From Candidatus Aminicenantes bacterium (GTDB lineage Bacteria > Acidobacteriota > Aminicenantia > Aminicenantales > JAFGBC01), in NCBI GenBank assembly GCA_963702005.1, contig OY969696.1, positions 2,016,001 to 2,080,000 on the forward strand: a DNA stretch of 64,000 nt. Reading direction: 5' to 3'. This document shows, one piece after another, positions 1-10,163 of the stretch (position 1 is the first letter of the stretch; each line of letters opens with the position of its first letter). Below the pieces are notes generated by a model. That model had not been told where the DNA came from and searched no databases. It saw only the letters and a program-made list of their open reading frames with translations. The translations under genes were made by a program, and so were the position numbers.

Positions 1-907
1 TCTCCTTGAGGCCGCGGACGGATTCCTCCGAGGCCTTCTGACCGAGCCAGAAGATGGCCTTCTTGCGGAGCTCATGGTCCGATCCGTTCTTGGCGATATG
101 GAGCAGCTCCTCGACGGCCTCCCGGCTTCCGTTGAGGCTGAGGGCGAACACGACCTGCTCCCGGACTTCCTCGTCTCCGGATTTGGCCAGGATGGATTTG
201 AGGTCCGCAACCGTCCTGGGATCGTGGGACTCCCCGATCCAGAACACGGCGTTCTTGCGAACCTCGCTCCGGTAGGAGCCGAGAGCGACCGCCATCAAGA
301 AATCGTAAGCCTTGGGCGAGTCGTGGGCGCTGACGGCGAAGAGGGACGATTCTTGGACTTCGGCGCCGCCCGCCTCGAATTCCTTTTCGATGAAGTCTAA
401 GCTATCCTCGACCGGAACGTTTCCCAGCCAATAGACGGGAAGCGTCTTGAACTCGTAGGTCTCCTCGGGATCGATAAGTCGAAAGTCCTCGGCGCGCGGA
501 CGGTCCTTGGCCGTCGAACAAAGCGCCAGCAGCCCGGCCGGAGCTTTGCCGTCCTCGGTCTCCCAGCTTTCGCCCCGGCTCGAATGATCGAATTTAATCT
601 CGCCGCCGCGGTTGACGACTTCGAAGGGTCCGTCCGGGCCGTAACAGCCGTGATGCCTGATCTTGTGGCGGCTCGGGAACAGATAGGCGATGAAAAAGAA
701 ATCGCCCTGCTTCTTGGATTCGAAATCGGCGGCCGCGGATTCGACCTTAGTTTGAAGAGACCGGCCCGCCTGGTCCCAGGCCGAGACCTTCCCGGATAGG
801 AAGGAGGGAGCGGCCGTGGTTTGGGAAGCCGCTCCAGCCGTTAAAATAAGAAGAAGGGCCAGCCCGGCCGGGGCCGGCCCGAATTTAGCGCTGACGGAAG
901 TTTTCAT
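1..907 (-). CDS. HEAT-repeat protein with signal-like N-terminus (runs off the left window edge)
   Basis: Not in the ORF track; translated by hand from ATG at 907 with SD GGAGGGGG. Reads MKTSVSAKFG...LALLLILTAGAA... and has repeats VRKNAVFWIG, VREQVVFALS, LRKKAIFWLGQ like the neighbouring gene. Confidence 0.85.
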   Translation of the reverse strand, partial: MKTSVSAKFGPAPAGLALLLILTAGAASQTTAAPSFLSGKVSAWDQAGRSLQTKVESAAADFESKKQGDFFFIAYLFPSRHKIRHHGCYGPDGPFEVVNRGGEIKFDHSSRGESWETEDGKAPAGLLALCSTAKDRPRAEDFRLIDPEETYEFKTLPVYWLGNVPVEDSLDFIEKEFEAGGAEVQESSLFAVSAHDSPKAYDFLMAVALGSYRSEVRKNAVFWIGESHDPRTVADLKSILAKSGDEEVREQVVFALSLNGSREAVEELLHIAKNGSDHELRKKAIFWLGQKASEESVRGLKE

Positions 908-924
908 CGTTCCCCCTCCGCCCG

Positions 925-2244
925 TCACTTCTCGATGATCTCCTGGAGGAAGCGGATGGCCTCCTCGTTCTTGCTCTGGCCGAGCCAGAAGATGAACTGC
1001 TTCTTGAGCTCGAGGTTCTTCTCGGCCCGGGCGAGCTCGATCATCTTGCGGACGGTCGCGTCCGAGTTGAGCTGGCTCAGGGAGAAGATGATGTTTTTCT
1101 TGGCTTCGATATTCTCGGTCTTCTGATAGAGCTCGACCAGGAGGTCGAGCGTCTTGGGGTCCCTTCTCTGTCCGAGCCAGAAGACGGCCTTGCTCTGGGA
1201 GTCGGCGTCGCTTCCGTCCTTGGCGATGGCGATGAGCTTCTGGCGGGCCCGCTCGCCTTTCTGCTGGGAGAGGGCGAAGACGAGCTTTTCCCGGACCTCT
1301 TTGTCGGGCGTCTTGTCGTAGATCTCGATCAGGGCGTCCAGGGCTCGCGGATCGTTCTTCTGGCCGAGCCAGAAGACGGCCTTTTCCTGGGCGTTGGGGT
1401 CCTTGCCGTTCCGGGCGATCTCGAAGAGTTTGTCGGCCGCCTTGGGGCTCGGGCTCTGGCTGAAGGAGAAGATGAGCTTCTCGCGCAGGTCGGGGTCGTT
1501 GATCGTATCGTAGAGCTTGAGGAGCGCCTCGAAGCTCGCGGCATCCCTGCGCTGGCCCAGCCAGAAGATGGCCTGCTCGCGGACGTGCATCTCCGGATCT
1601 TTACCGGCGATCTCGGCCAGGAGGGCCGTCGCTTTCTCCGACGACTGCTGGCTGAGCACGAACAGGGCCTGCTCGCGGAGCTTGGGGCTCTTGCCGTTCC
1701 GGACGACCTTCTCCAGGGTCGGGAAGGCCTTCTCGGAGTCCATGTTGAGCATGGCGTTCAAGGCGACCAGCTTCATCTCCATCTCGGGATCGACGTCTTC
1801 TTGCTCGTCGCCGGCCGACTCCCGGATGTACTTCTTGAAGTCGGAAAGTCCGCTCTTAACGAGCTCCTCGGAGATGTCGACCCGTAGCGCCTCGGCGTCG
1901 TCGGCCCAGGAGCTCGCGGGGTAATTCTTGAGAAGCGCGTTGACCTGGTTGACGGCGTCCTGCATGACGCGGACCTGATCGTTGACCTTGGATTGGTTCT
2001 GGCTGTACTTGTACAGGCTGTAGGCCAGCCAGTAGTTGGCCTCGTCCGAGGCTTTATCGCCGTAGGAGCTCAGCAGCTCTTTGTAGGCCTTGACGGCCTG
2101 CTCCCATTGCTTCTCATAGATGAGCTTCTTGGCCTTCTCGAGCATGGCGGCCGTCTTGGTCTCTTCCTGCCGGGCGGCCAAGAAGGACGCCGGGATGAGG
2201 ACGAGGGCGGCTGCGATCACGATCGTTTTGATCCAATGTCTCAT
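925..2244 (-). CDS. Secreted TPR + HEAT-repeat protein
   Basis: Start MRHWIK at 2244 with SD GGAGG, signal peptide, TPR-like N-terminus, alternating REQAIFWLGQ / REKLIFSFSQ repeats. Confidence 0.88.
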   Translation of the reverse strand: MRHWIKTIVIAAALVLIPASFLAARQEETKTAAMLEKAKKLIYEKQWEQAVKAYKELLSSYGDKASDEANYWLAYSLYKYSQNQSKVNDQVRVMQDAVNQVNALLKNYPASSWADDAEALRVDISEELVKSGLSDFKKYIRESAGDEQEDVDPEMEMKLVALNAMLNMDSEKAFPTLEKVVRNGKSPKLREQALFVLSQQSSEKATALLAEIAGKDPEMHVREQAIFWLGQRRDAASFEALLKLYDTINDPDLREKLIFSFSQSPSPKAADKLFEIARNGKDPNAQEKAVFWLGQKNDPRALDALIEIYDKTPDKEVREKLVFALSQQKGERARQKLIAIAKDGSDADSQSKAVFWLGQRRDPKTLDLLVELYQKTENIEAKKNIIFSLSQLNSDATVRKMIELARAEKNLELKKQFIFWLGQSKNEEAIRFLQEIIEK

Positions 2245-2270
2245 GGTTGAACCTCCATTTGTGAAAATTG

Positions 2271-2990
2271 TCATATTTTATTCCAACGGCGGACCCGGGA
2301 CAGGACCTGCCGTCCGTTGATAACGTCTTTGAGGGCGGCCGGAGCCGTCGCGTCCCAGCCCTTGCTGTTGGCGATCTCGGTCAGGACGAGGCTCAGGTCG
2401 TCCAGAAGGTCGGCCAGCTGGGGATCCTTGCGGGCCAGGGCGTGTTTGAGGAGAAGGTTCTGGACGAGGAGCGCCTGGGCGGCCTCGCGGTCGGTCAGGA
2501 GATGATCTTTCCCTTCTTCCGCGGATCCGTTGTTGGAGTAGGCGGCAATAAGGGGCTCGACGTCCTCGAAATGACTGCCCAGGGCGCTCCGGATGGCCGC
2601 GGGGGATAGGATATCGGTCCGGGCCGCGCGGGCGTTCGGCGAAGATCCGGACGGGAGCCAATAGCGGCCCACCGCGATCCCCAGGATAAACAGAACCGCG
2701 AGCCCGGCCGCGGCATAAACCCAGCCGGGGAGGAAAAGCCGCCGGCTCCTAACTCCCCGGGCGGGTTCGAGTCCGGCATTGATCACGCGCCAGGACCGCT
2801 CCCAATCGGGCTCCGGGACGGGACCGGACGGCGCCCGGTCCAAGCGGCCCAGGGCCTCCCGGGTCAACTCCAGCTCTTCCCGGCAGGAGGCGCAACGGTC
2901 GAGGTGGGAATGGAGCTTCCGGCGGTCCCTGGCGGAGAGCTCGTCATACAATTCCAGGATAAGGTGTCGTTTGAATCGTCGGCAGGTCAT
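2271..2990 (-). CDS. zf-HC2 membrane anti-sigma factor
   Basis: MTCRRFK...HLDRCASC (HxxxCxxC), one TM helix, ATGA overlap with the sigma gene stop. Confidence 0.85.
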   Translation of the reverse strand: MTCRRFKRHLILELYDELSARDRRKLHSHLDRCASCREELELTREALGRLDRAPSGPVPEPDWERSWRVINAGLEPARGVRSRRLFLPGWVYAAAGLAVLFILGIAVGRYWLPSGSSPNARAARTDILSPAAIRSALGSHFEDVEPLIAAYSNNGSAEEGKDHLLTDREAAQALLVQNLLLKHALARKDPQLADLLDDLSLVLTEIANSKGWDATAPAALKDVINGRQVLSRVRRWNKI

Positions 2991-3553
2991 GATCGGTCCT
3001 CCATGGTTGTCGGCCGGAGCCGGACGCGGAGCGCGGCCACGGCCCGGAAGAGATGGGTCTTGACGCTCCCTTCCGTGCAGCGCAACTCCCGGGCGATTTC
3101 TCGGATGCTGAACTGGCGCTCGTGCCTGAGCAGGAAGACCATACGCTGCTTGGCCGAGAGGTCGTCGAGGGATCGCTCGATCCTCTCCCGCCATTCGTTG
3201 AGGAGCCGCGTCTCTTCCGGGTCGATGTCGGGGCCTTGGGCGGGCACGGAGCTTAAGGCGTCCTCTCCGGCCTCGGCCCGGCGGGCCTTGTGCCGCCGCA
3301 GGTAGTCGATGCTGGCATTGATCCCGATCCGGAACAGCCAGGCGGCGAAGCCGCTCTCCCGCTCGATCCGGTAGGAGGCCAGGTTCCGGAAGGCCTTGAG
3401 GAAGGTTTCCTGGAGGATGTCCTCGGCGTCCTCGGCGTTCTTCGTGTACTGGTAGGCCAGGCCGAAAATCCGCCTTTTATTCTGGTCGAAGAGCTCCCGC
3501 AGGGCCGCCTTGTTGCCCGCCTGGGCCGCCTGGATCAGGATCGTTTCGTCCAT
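2987..3553 (-). CDS. ECF RNA polymerase sigma factor
   Basis: DAEDILQETF, WLFRIGIN, region 4 IREIARELRCTEGSVKTHLFRA. Confidence 0.93.
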   Translation of the reverse strand: MDETILIQAAQAGNKAALRELFDQNKRRIFGLAYQYTKNAEDAEDILQETFLKAFRNLASYRIERESGFAAWLFRIGINASIDYLRRHKARRAEAGEDALSSVPAQGPDIDPEETRLLNEWRERIERSLDDLSAKQRMVFLLRHERQFSIREIARELRCTEGSVKTHLFRAVAALRVRLRPTTMEDRS

Positions 3554-3572
3554 GAAGTCGCTCTACCCATTG

Positions 3573-3601
3573 TAACGCAAACCAGGGGAGTCCGGTTGAC
3601 A
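3573..3601 (-). promoter_or_regulatory. Putative ECF-type autoregulatory promoter
   Basis: Minus strand TGTCAAC-N17-CGTTA, 20 nt upstream of the sigma ATG; fits the AAC...CGT ECF consensus. Confidence 0.6.
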
Positions 3602-3619
3602 GGAACACCCTAGACTCCA

Positions 3620-3649
3620 TTGACATTCTGGCGTCCCGCGTTTTATCAT
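3620..3649 (+). promoter_or_regulatory. Putative sigma70 promoter
   Basis: TTGACA-N18-TATCAT upstream of the SBBP gene. Confidence 0.5.
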
Positions 3650-3750
3650 CCCTGACAAAGGCGTAAGCCAAAATTGGCGCATAAATGCTCATTCTGCCAC
3701 CATGTCAGACAAGAGCTTTCTAAGATCTCTATCGTCAGGCGGAGGAATCG

Positions 3751-5862
3751 ATGAGAAAGCCGGCCTTGGTTTTAGGGTTTGTTTTAAGCGTGGCGCTGGT
3801 TTTTGCTTTCTCGGGAGAAACGACGAAAAGCGGCGCTCGGCTTACCCAGAAAAATATTAAACCTGATTGCGGGGCGATTCCCCTCTATTTTATTCCCAAC
3901 CGGGGCCAGGTTCACAAAGAAGCGCTCTTTTATGCCAGGACATCCGCGTATACCCTATGGCTGACCAAAGAGGGATTGGCGTTCGACACGGCCAGATTGG
4001 TGTTCTTGAACGCCGACAAGAATCCCAAACTCCTGCCCCTCGAGCCGACCGAGCACAGGGTAAATTATTTGATCGGGGACAGCCCGTCCCAATGGCGGAC
4101 GGACATTCCGACGTCGGCCGCCGCGATGTATGGAAACGTCTATAAGGACATCGACCTCAAAATCTATGGGGTCGAGAAACAGGTCGAATATGACTGGATT
4201 GTCAAACCGGGAGGAAAGCCTGAAGATATACGGTTCGCCTATCAAGATGTGAAACGGACCAGGATCGACGCAGATGGCGATTTGGTTGTCGAGAGCCAAA
4301 GGGGCGAGTTCAGACATCGCAAGCCAAGAAGCTATCAGGTGATTGGAGACAGACGGATCGATGTCGAGGTCGCCTTTGAATTCATTGAAAAAAATAAATA
4401 CGGTTTCGACGTCAAAGCCTATAATCCCGATTACGACTTGATCATCGACCCCCTGGTCCTGGCCTATTCCGGCTACCTGGGCGGATCCGGATGGGACGGG
4501 GCCAATGCCGTCGCTTTGGACGGGAGCGGAGCCGTCTATGTGACCGGCGGCACGGAAAGCGCCGATTTTCCCGTGAAGAACGCTTATAAAAAAAAATGGG
4601 GCGGCTATCTGGATGTCTTTGTCACGAAGTTTGCGCCGAGCGGAAATAGTCTTGTCTATTCCACATATTGGGGCGGGCCTTATAATGATGAGGCCGGCAC
4701 AGGCATCGCCGTGGACGGCAGCGGAGCCGTCTATGTCACGGGGGCTTCGGCTATTGCCGGAGAGGCTATCAGGAATTTCGCGCGGCGCCCTTATGATAAG
4801 AGCGCTTATCCTACCCATACATTTGTATTCAAGCTGTCTCCGGCCGGAAATAGTCTTGTCTATTCCACCACCTTGAGCGGCGAGTCCGACGTCGAGGCCT
4901 CGGGGATAGCCTTGGACGCCAACAAAGCCGCCTATATTACGGGGTACACGGACAGCTCCGATTTTCCCGTCAAGAATGCCTTACAAAAAAAATATAACGG
5001 CGGCTCTGATGCATTCGTGACGATGATAGCGCCGACCGGAAAAAGTCTGGTCTATTCCACCTTTCTGGGCGGGAAGAATTCGGACTTCGGATCCGGCATC
5101 GTCGTCGACGGCGGCGGCGCCGCTTACATCGTCGGCTATACGTACAGCGCCGATTTTCCCACCCTGAATGCCTATCAAAAAGCTTATCGAGGCGGCGCCG
5201 ATGCCTTCGTGACCAAGATAGCAGCGAACGGAACGAGCCTTGTCTATTCAACTTATCTGGGCGGCTCAAAGTGGGACGAGGGAAAAAGCATAGCCCTGTA
5301 CGGGAAGGGAGCGGCCTATGTGACCGGTAATACAAGCAGCGCGAACTTCCCCGTAATGAACGCCTGCCAGAAAATTCTCCGCGGCCCGCAAGATACATTT
5401 GTCGCCAAGTTATCGCCGGACGGAAAACGTCTTGTCTATTCCACGTACCTGGGCGGGTCCTCCTCTGATTTCAGCTCCGGTCTGGCCGTCGACGGCAACG
5501 GAGCGGCCTACACAACCGGATTCACGGGGAGCGCCGATTTCCCGTTAAAGAATCCCGTCCAGCCGGCCCGCGGAGGCAAGGAGGATGCCTTCGTGACGAA
5601 GCTTTCCCCCGACGGCAGGAATCTTGTTTATTCCACATACCTTGGAGGCGCCGACACGGAGACGGCTACCGGCATTGCCATGAACGGCCAAGGAGCCGTT
5701 TATATCACGGGGTACACTTACAGCGCCGATTTTCCTACGAAGAATGCCTTTCAAAAAATTTTTGGCGGCGGCGGGAGTGATGCATTTTTGGCAAAGCTCT
5801 CATTTGTCTTGCCCTCCGCCGCGGGGCGCCGGCTTCCCCGGAAGGCTCTTTATCCGCGCTAG
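3751..5862 (+). CDS. Secreted SBBP-repeat beta-propeller protein
   Basis: Signal peptide, N-terminal FIPNRGQ...LIIDP domain, repeats YSTYLGG...GIAVDGxGAxYVTGxTxSADFP. Confidence 0.9.
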   Translation: MRKPALVLGFVLSVALVFAFSGETTKSGARLTQKNIKPDCGAIPLYFIPNRGQVHKEALFYARTSAYTLWLTKEGLAFDTARLVFLNADKNPKLLPLEPTEHRVNYLIGDSPSQWRTDIPTSAAAMYGNVYKDIDLKIYGVEKQVEYDWIVKPGGKPEDIRFAYQDVKRTRIDADGDLVVESQRGEFRHRKPRSYQVIGDRRIDVEVAFEFIEKNKYGFDVKAYNPDYDLIIDPLVLAYSGYLGGSGWDGANAVALDGSGAVYVTGGTESADFPVKNAYKKKWGGYLDVFVTKFAPSGNSLVYSTYWGGPYNDEAGTGIAVDGSGAVYVTGASAIAGEAIRNFARRPYDKSAYPTHTFVFKLSPAGNSLVYSTTLSGESDVEASGIALDANKAAYITGYTDSSDFPVKNALQKKYNGGSDAFVTMIAPTGKSLVYSTFLGGKNSDFGSGIVVDGGGAAYIVGYTYSADFPTLNAYQKAYRGGADAFVTKIAANGTSLVYSTYLGGSKWDEGKSIALYGKGAAYVTGNTSSANFPVMNACQKILRGPQDTFVAKLSPDGKRLVYSTYLGGSSSDFSSGLAVDGNGAAYTTGFTGSADFPLKNPVQPARGGKEDAFVTKLSPDGRNLVYSTYLGGADTETATGIAMNGQGAVYITGYTYSADFPTKNAFQKIFGGGGSDAFLAKLSFVLPSAAGRRLPRKALYPR

Positions 5863-5869
5863 AGGGGGA

Positions 5870-8269
5870 ATGCCAAACCGTGTTCGATCCGGACGGCTCA
5901 TGGGCGCGATCGTCATGGCCGTCGCGGTCCTCGGGACAGCCGGGGCCGCGCTCCGGGCCGGCTTCTCATCCGCGGGCCCGGAATGGATCCCGGGGCGCTA
6001 TTTTCCGCGTTTCCCATCCACGAGCCGGATCGAAGTCCTCACGGTCAAGACCGATCTGGACAACCAGGCGCTCACCTGGAGAAAGAATTTCCGGATCGAC
6101 CAATCCTACGACACGATGATGGCGCTGACCCTGGCCGGGATGCAGGGGATCATCAACCGCGAGAAGCCGAGCCTGTACATCGACTGGATCGACTCGGCCA
6201 CGAACGACGCCAGCCATTTTTGGGTCGCATACCTGGAAAAGCAGGTCGAGGTCGTTCCGCTGGCCCTGGACGCGGCCAGCGCGATCGGCGACCTTCATGC
6301 CCGCCACAAATCCCTGTTTGCCGGCGCCGTCATTTATGATCCCCTGGTCCCGGACACGATCAACCTGGCGACCATGATCGCGGGACTGGAAGACCGGGTT
6401 ATGCTGGCGCCCGAGCAAATGGGGCTGCCGGGCATCCCGAGCTTCAGCTCGGTCAAGGACCTCAGACCGCTGGCCAAGAGTCAGGGATGGGATACGACCG
6501 AAACCGGAAAAACCAAGCTCTACCAATGGGTCTACGACAATCTTTGGTCCCGGCTCGAGCATCGGATCATCGGGATCATCAGCGGGGGGCCGCCGACATC
6601 GGGGAAGATCGCGGGCGCGACCGGCGACTACTATTATCCGCTCTGTCTCGCCTCGCGCGATTATTACACGGCCCTGAAGCTGTCGGCGCTCTACTTGGAT
6701 CCCAAAGACAAACGGCAGGGCGACCTGCTGGCCAAGTTCCTGGGAGACGCCCCGGCCCCGGCTCCGGTCAGCGGCTGCTATGCCAATGACGAGCTCCCGA
6801 CGACGGCCCTGATCTCCCGCTACGGCGGCTGGAACATGGCGCTCTCCTGGCCGAACGCCCCCCTCCAGGGGTACAACTTGACGGTCCTCTCCGGCGTCAG
6901 GCCCGCCCTGAAATGCTACAGCCCTGAGATCAGCCAGGACCGCATCCTGGCGACCTTGGGCCGAAAGCCGGTGGCGACCGTCTGGAACACGGACGGTGAC
7001 AATCTCGACTACCAGCTGGACCGGGGTTTTCAGGGCGGCCTCCACTGGGTCTGGGGGGATCTCCAGGGCCATCGCTTCGGCTGGACCAATAATCCGACTC
7101 TTGTCGACCTCGCGCCTCTCGTCTGGAACTACTACGTCGGCTCCCGGAAGGAGGTCCGTTTCGTCAGCGGGTACTCGGGCGCGGGCTACATGTACCCGTC
7201 GCTCATGACCAACGTTCAACTCGACGATTACCTGAAGCACGCCGCCGCCTATCTGTCACAAACAGGGGAGCGGGTCGTCTGGGCCGACCTGCACTACGGA
7301 TGGATTTGGGATCAAAGACTGGCGGGCCGTTACTATGGGAAGCTGGACCGAGCCGGCTATCTCGGCGCCTTCACCAGCGCCAGCGGACCTCGCTGGGGGC
7401 TTCCCTTCGTCTATGAAGGAGTCCCGGCGCCGGCCGCCGCTCCGGCCTATGTCATGGATTATACCAATGTCGACTGGATTATCCGCGACATCATGGCCAG
7501 GAAGCCCGACGAGGTCTTCGTCGACTTGAACGCCCTCTATTATTTGCTGAACCTGGATTGGGGACAGGTCGTCAAAGATCCCCAGGCCTTCGGCCAAGAC
7601 GCCTATCTCGTGCGCCACGGGAATCCGCAATGGGGCCTTGTCGTCTACGGCCCCCGCGCCGTCTTCCCCCCCGGGGATTATACGGTGGCTTTCAAGCTCA
7701 AGGTGCCCGCGACCTCAAGCCCGCAGGATATGGCCCAGATCTACGTCGGGCGATTAAGCGACAGCTGGCCGAATCCCGTCTGGGAGTGGATCGCACGTCG
7801 CTATCTGGCGCCGAACGATTTCAAGGCGCCGAACCGCTACCAGGAGTTCGCCCTGAATTTTCATTTGGCGAAACTGACGACCCAGATCGAATTCCGGGTC
7901 GACTATCGCGGGACCTCCACGGACCTCTATGTGGACTTCGTCCGCTGTCGGCGCCGGGGAAGCGCGGGACTTCCGGTCCTGGCGCCGGTTCTCATCAACC
8001 TGATGGCCCCGCCCGAACGTATGACGGATGTCCCGGCCTTCGCGGAGAAGTTCGAGAAAGCGGGCGGAATCACCCTGACGGCCGAGGAATTCATGGCCGT
8101 CCTTAACCCCAAGTATATGCTCAAGCTCGCCGAAAAATTGGCCGGGGCGCAAAACCCCGACGTTATCAAAGCCAAATCCCTGCTCGGCTCGGGGGATTTC
8201 CTGGGGAGCCTGCTGGCCTCGCGAAGCGCTTTAAGGACGACGGGTTTGGGACAGGAATCAATAAGATGA
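5870..8269 (+). CDS. GxGYxYP-domain secreted putative glycoside hydrolase
   Basis: SGAGYMYP motif, QGIINR and DGDNL motifs, signal-like N-terminus; ATG 5870 after AGAGGGGG. Confidence 0.75.
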   Translation: MPNRVRSGRLMGAIVMAVAVLGTAGAALRAGFSSAGPEWIPGRYFPRFPSTSRIEVLTVKTDLDNQALTWRKNFRIDQSYDTMMALTLAGMQGIINREKPSLYIDWIDSATNDASHFWVAYLEKQVEVVPLALDAASAIGDLHARHKSLFAGAVIYDPLVPDTINLATMIAGLEDRVMLAPEQMGLPGIPSFSSVKDLRPLAKSQGWDTTETGKTKLYQWVYDNLWSRLEHRIIGIISGGPPTSGKIAGATGDYYYPLCLASRDYYTALKLSALYLDPKDKRQGDLLAKFLGDAPAPAPVSGCYANDELPTTALISRYGGWNMALSWPNAPLQGYNLTVLSGVRPALKCYSPEISQDRILATLGRKPVATVWNTDGDNLDYQLDRGFQGGLHWVWGDLQGHRFGWTNNPTLVDLAPLVWNYYVGSRKEVRFVSGYSGAGYMYPSLMTNVQLDDYLKHAAAYLSQTGERVVWADLHYGWIWDQRLAGRYYGKLDRAGYLGAFTSASGPRWGLPFVYEGVPAPAAAPAYVMDYTNVDWIIRDIMARKPDEVFVDLNALYYLLNLDWGQVVKDPQAFGQDAYLVRHGNPQWGLVVYGPRAVFPPGDYTVAFKLKVPATSSPQDMAQIYVGRLSDSWPNPVWEWIARRYLAPNDFKAPNRYQEFALNFHLAKLTTQIEFRVDYRGTSTDLYVDFVRCRRRGSAGLPVLAPVLINLMAPPERMTDVPAFAEKFEKAGGITLTAEEFMAVLNPKYMLKLAEKLAGAQNPDVIKAKSLLGSGDFLGSLLASRSALRTTGLGQESIR

Positions 8270-8291
8270 TCGTTCGTCAGGAGCCCATGAT

Positions 8292-10163
8292 ATGATCAAC
8301 GAGAGCGCCCGAAAGACGGCCGCCCAGTGCCGTCACTACGCCATGTGCAAGATCGATTACTTGGGGACCGGCCTCTGCCCATCGGGCCCGGAGAGGCATT
8401 ATGTGGCCTTCTATCCCCAGGGGCGCATGGACCTGTACCGCGCCCTGGCCGAGAATCTCGTCCCCGTGACGGAAGCCCTGGTCGAGTCCGCCGACACCTG
8501 CACGCTGTGCGGCATTTGCGACAAGCAGTGCCATTTCGTGACGGGGATGCGGCCGGTCAAGGTGATGGAGGCTCTGAAGGACTACGTCCAAAAATACCTT
8601 GACGGGAAAAACCCCGTCCACAGGCCGAAAGAGGACGACGTCCTGAAGGGATTGAGGACCATCGTCGGGAAGGAATGGGCGACCAACGACCCGGCCATCC
8701 TCTTCACCTACGCCGACGACCCGTTCCCGCTGGCCGGCATTCAGATGCCGCGCTATGTCGTCCTGCCCGGCTCAAGGGATGAGGTCGCGGCCGTCGTGGC
8801 GCTGGCCGACCGGCTCGGAATCCCCTTCGCCATCCGCGGGAACGGCGGCAGCGTCTTCGGATTTGTCTTCAGCGACGGGATCGTCCTCGACATGAACCGG
8901 ATGAAGAAGATCGAATTCGACGCCGACAACTGGTGCGTCGCCGTCGAACCGGGCGTCACGTCGTTCGACCTCCAGGCGGAAGCCTACCGGCGCGGCTTCC
9001 GGGTGAACGCCGCCGAGCCGGCGGCCACGGTCTGCGGCAACATCGTCTGCACGGGGACGTTCTCGACCTGGTCCAACGTTTACGGCACGGCCGCCGACGG
9101 CTTCATCGACATGGAGTTCGTGGACAGGAAAGGCGGGATTTTCCGTCTCAACGATAAGAACGCGCCCAACGTGTTCGCCTTCGACCACGCCATGATCCCG
9201 TCTCCCGGCGTCTGCACCAAAGCCGTGGTCAAGCTGCACCCGGTCACGGAGGACGAGGAAGGGGTCCTCGTCCCCTTCGCCGATTTTGACGACGCCGTGA
9301 AATTCGCCCGCGATTTGAGCCGGCGCCGGATCGCATTGGCCCTGGCCGTTCTGGGGGGGCACTACATTTCGACCTTCATGTCGCCGTCCCGGGAGCTCTC
9401 CGAGAGAATCAAGCATGTCATGCCCGATGTCCTGGGCATCAAGTACCTTGTGTTTGCGGTCGCCGACGCTTACGGCCGCGAGGCGATCAGGAAGATGGCC
9501 GGGACGGTTATCGACGGCGGGCTGTTCCGGACGCTCATGCTCGGCCTGCCCCGGCTGGCGGACACGGAGCTCACGGCCGTCCTCCGCGCCTACGAAGGCA
9601 ACACGCCTCCCTATGAGATTCTCTGCAAGCCGGAGATGAGGTCCGTCGTTGAGGCCATGCTCCAGCCCTCGCCGGAGACGATCGCCGGGTCGGTCGACGA
9701 GGACCTCAGGGACTTCTATGCCCGGTTGTATGCCCGTCCCGAGATGACCGACATGGTCTGGCTCAACATGTTCCGGATCGTCAGCGCCCGGATGTCGAGG
9801 CCCAAGCACATGTTCGCTTTCCTGATCTACGTGCCTCTCGACAAGCTCGAAGTCATCCATCACATCATCGACGGGTTCGCCCGGATCGCCGACGCGCACG
9901 CGATCGAGCATGACTACGGCTTCCTGACGCCCATGGATTTCGGGAAGCGCGCCATTCTCGAATACGATTATTACATCGATCATACCGACCCGGCCGAAAA
10001 AAAGAAGATCGGGGATTCCATGACCGAGATCGGGCCTTGGCTGGACGGGTTGGCGGCCAAGACGAAGGGCGTCACCTCCCTCATGTACGTTTTTTCCCAG
10101 GGCTGCTCCCGGAAGGAGAATTTTCTTTACCGCGAGGCCCCTCCGGCCCGCCCACAACGATGA
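8292..10163 (+). CDS. FAD-binding (PCMH/VAO-type) oxidoreductase with N-terminal Fe-S motifs
   Basis: CRHYAMC...CP and CTLCGICDKQC, then VVLPGS, RGNGGS, GIVLDMNRM, VEPGV. Confidence 0.8.
   Translation: MINESARKTAAQCRHYAMCKIDYLGTGLCPSGPERHYVAFYPQGRMDLYRALAENLVPVTEALVESADTCTLCGICDKQCHFVTGMRPVKVMEALKDYVQKYLDGKNPVHRPKEDDVLKGLRTIVGKEWATNDPAILFTYADDPFPLAGIQMPRYVVLPGSRDEVAAVVALADRLGIPFAIRGNGGSVFGFVFSDGIVLDMNRMKKIEFDADNWCVAVEPGVTSFDLQAEAYRRGFRVNAAEPAATVCGNIVCTGTFSTWSNVYGTAADGFIDMEFVDRKGGIFRLNDKNAPNVFAFDHAMIPSPGVCTKAVVKLHPVTEDEEGVLVPFADFDDAVKFARDLSRRRIALALAVLGGHYISTFMSPSRELSERIKHVMPDVLGIKYLVFAVADAYGREAIRKMAGTVIDGGLFRTLMLGLPRLADTELTAVLRAYEGNTPPYEILCKPEMRSVVEAMLQPSPETIAGSVDEDLRDFYARLYARPEMTDMVWLNMFRIVSARMSRPKHMFAFLIYVPLDKLEVIHHIIDGFARIADAHAIEHDYGFLTPMDFGKRAILEYDYYIDHTDPAEKKKIGDSMTEIGPWLDGLAAKTKGVTSLMYVFSQGCSRKENFLYREAPPARPQR

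Noticed and set aside
2991-3194. N-terminal extension of the anti-sigma ORF
   Set aside because: Overlaps the sigma gene; the ATGA-coupled start at 2990 is better supported.
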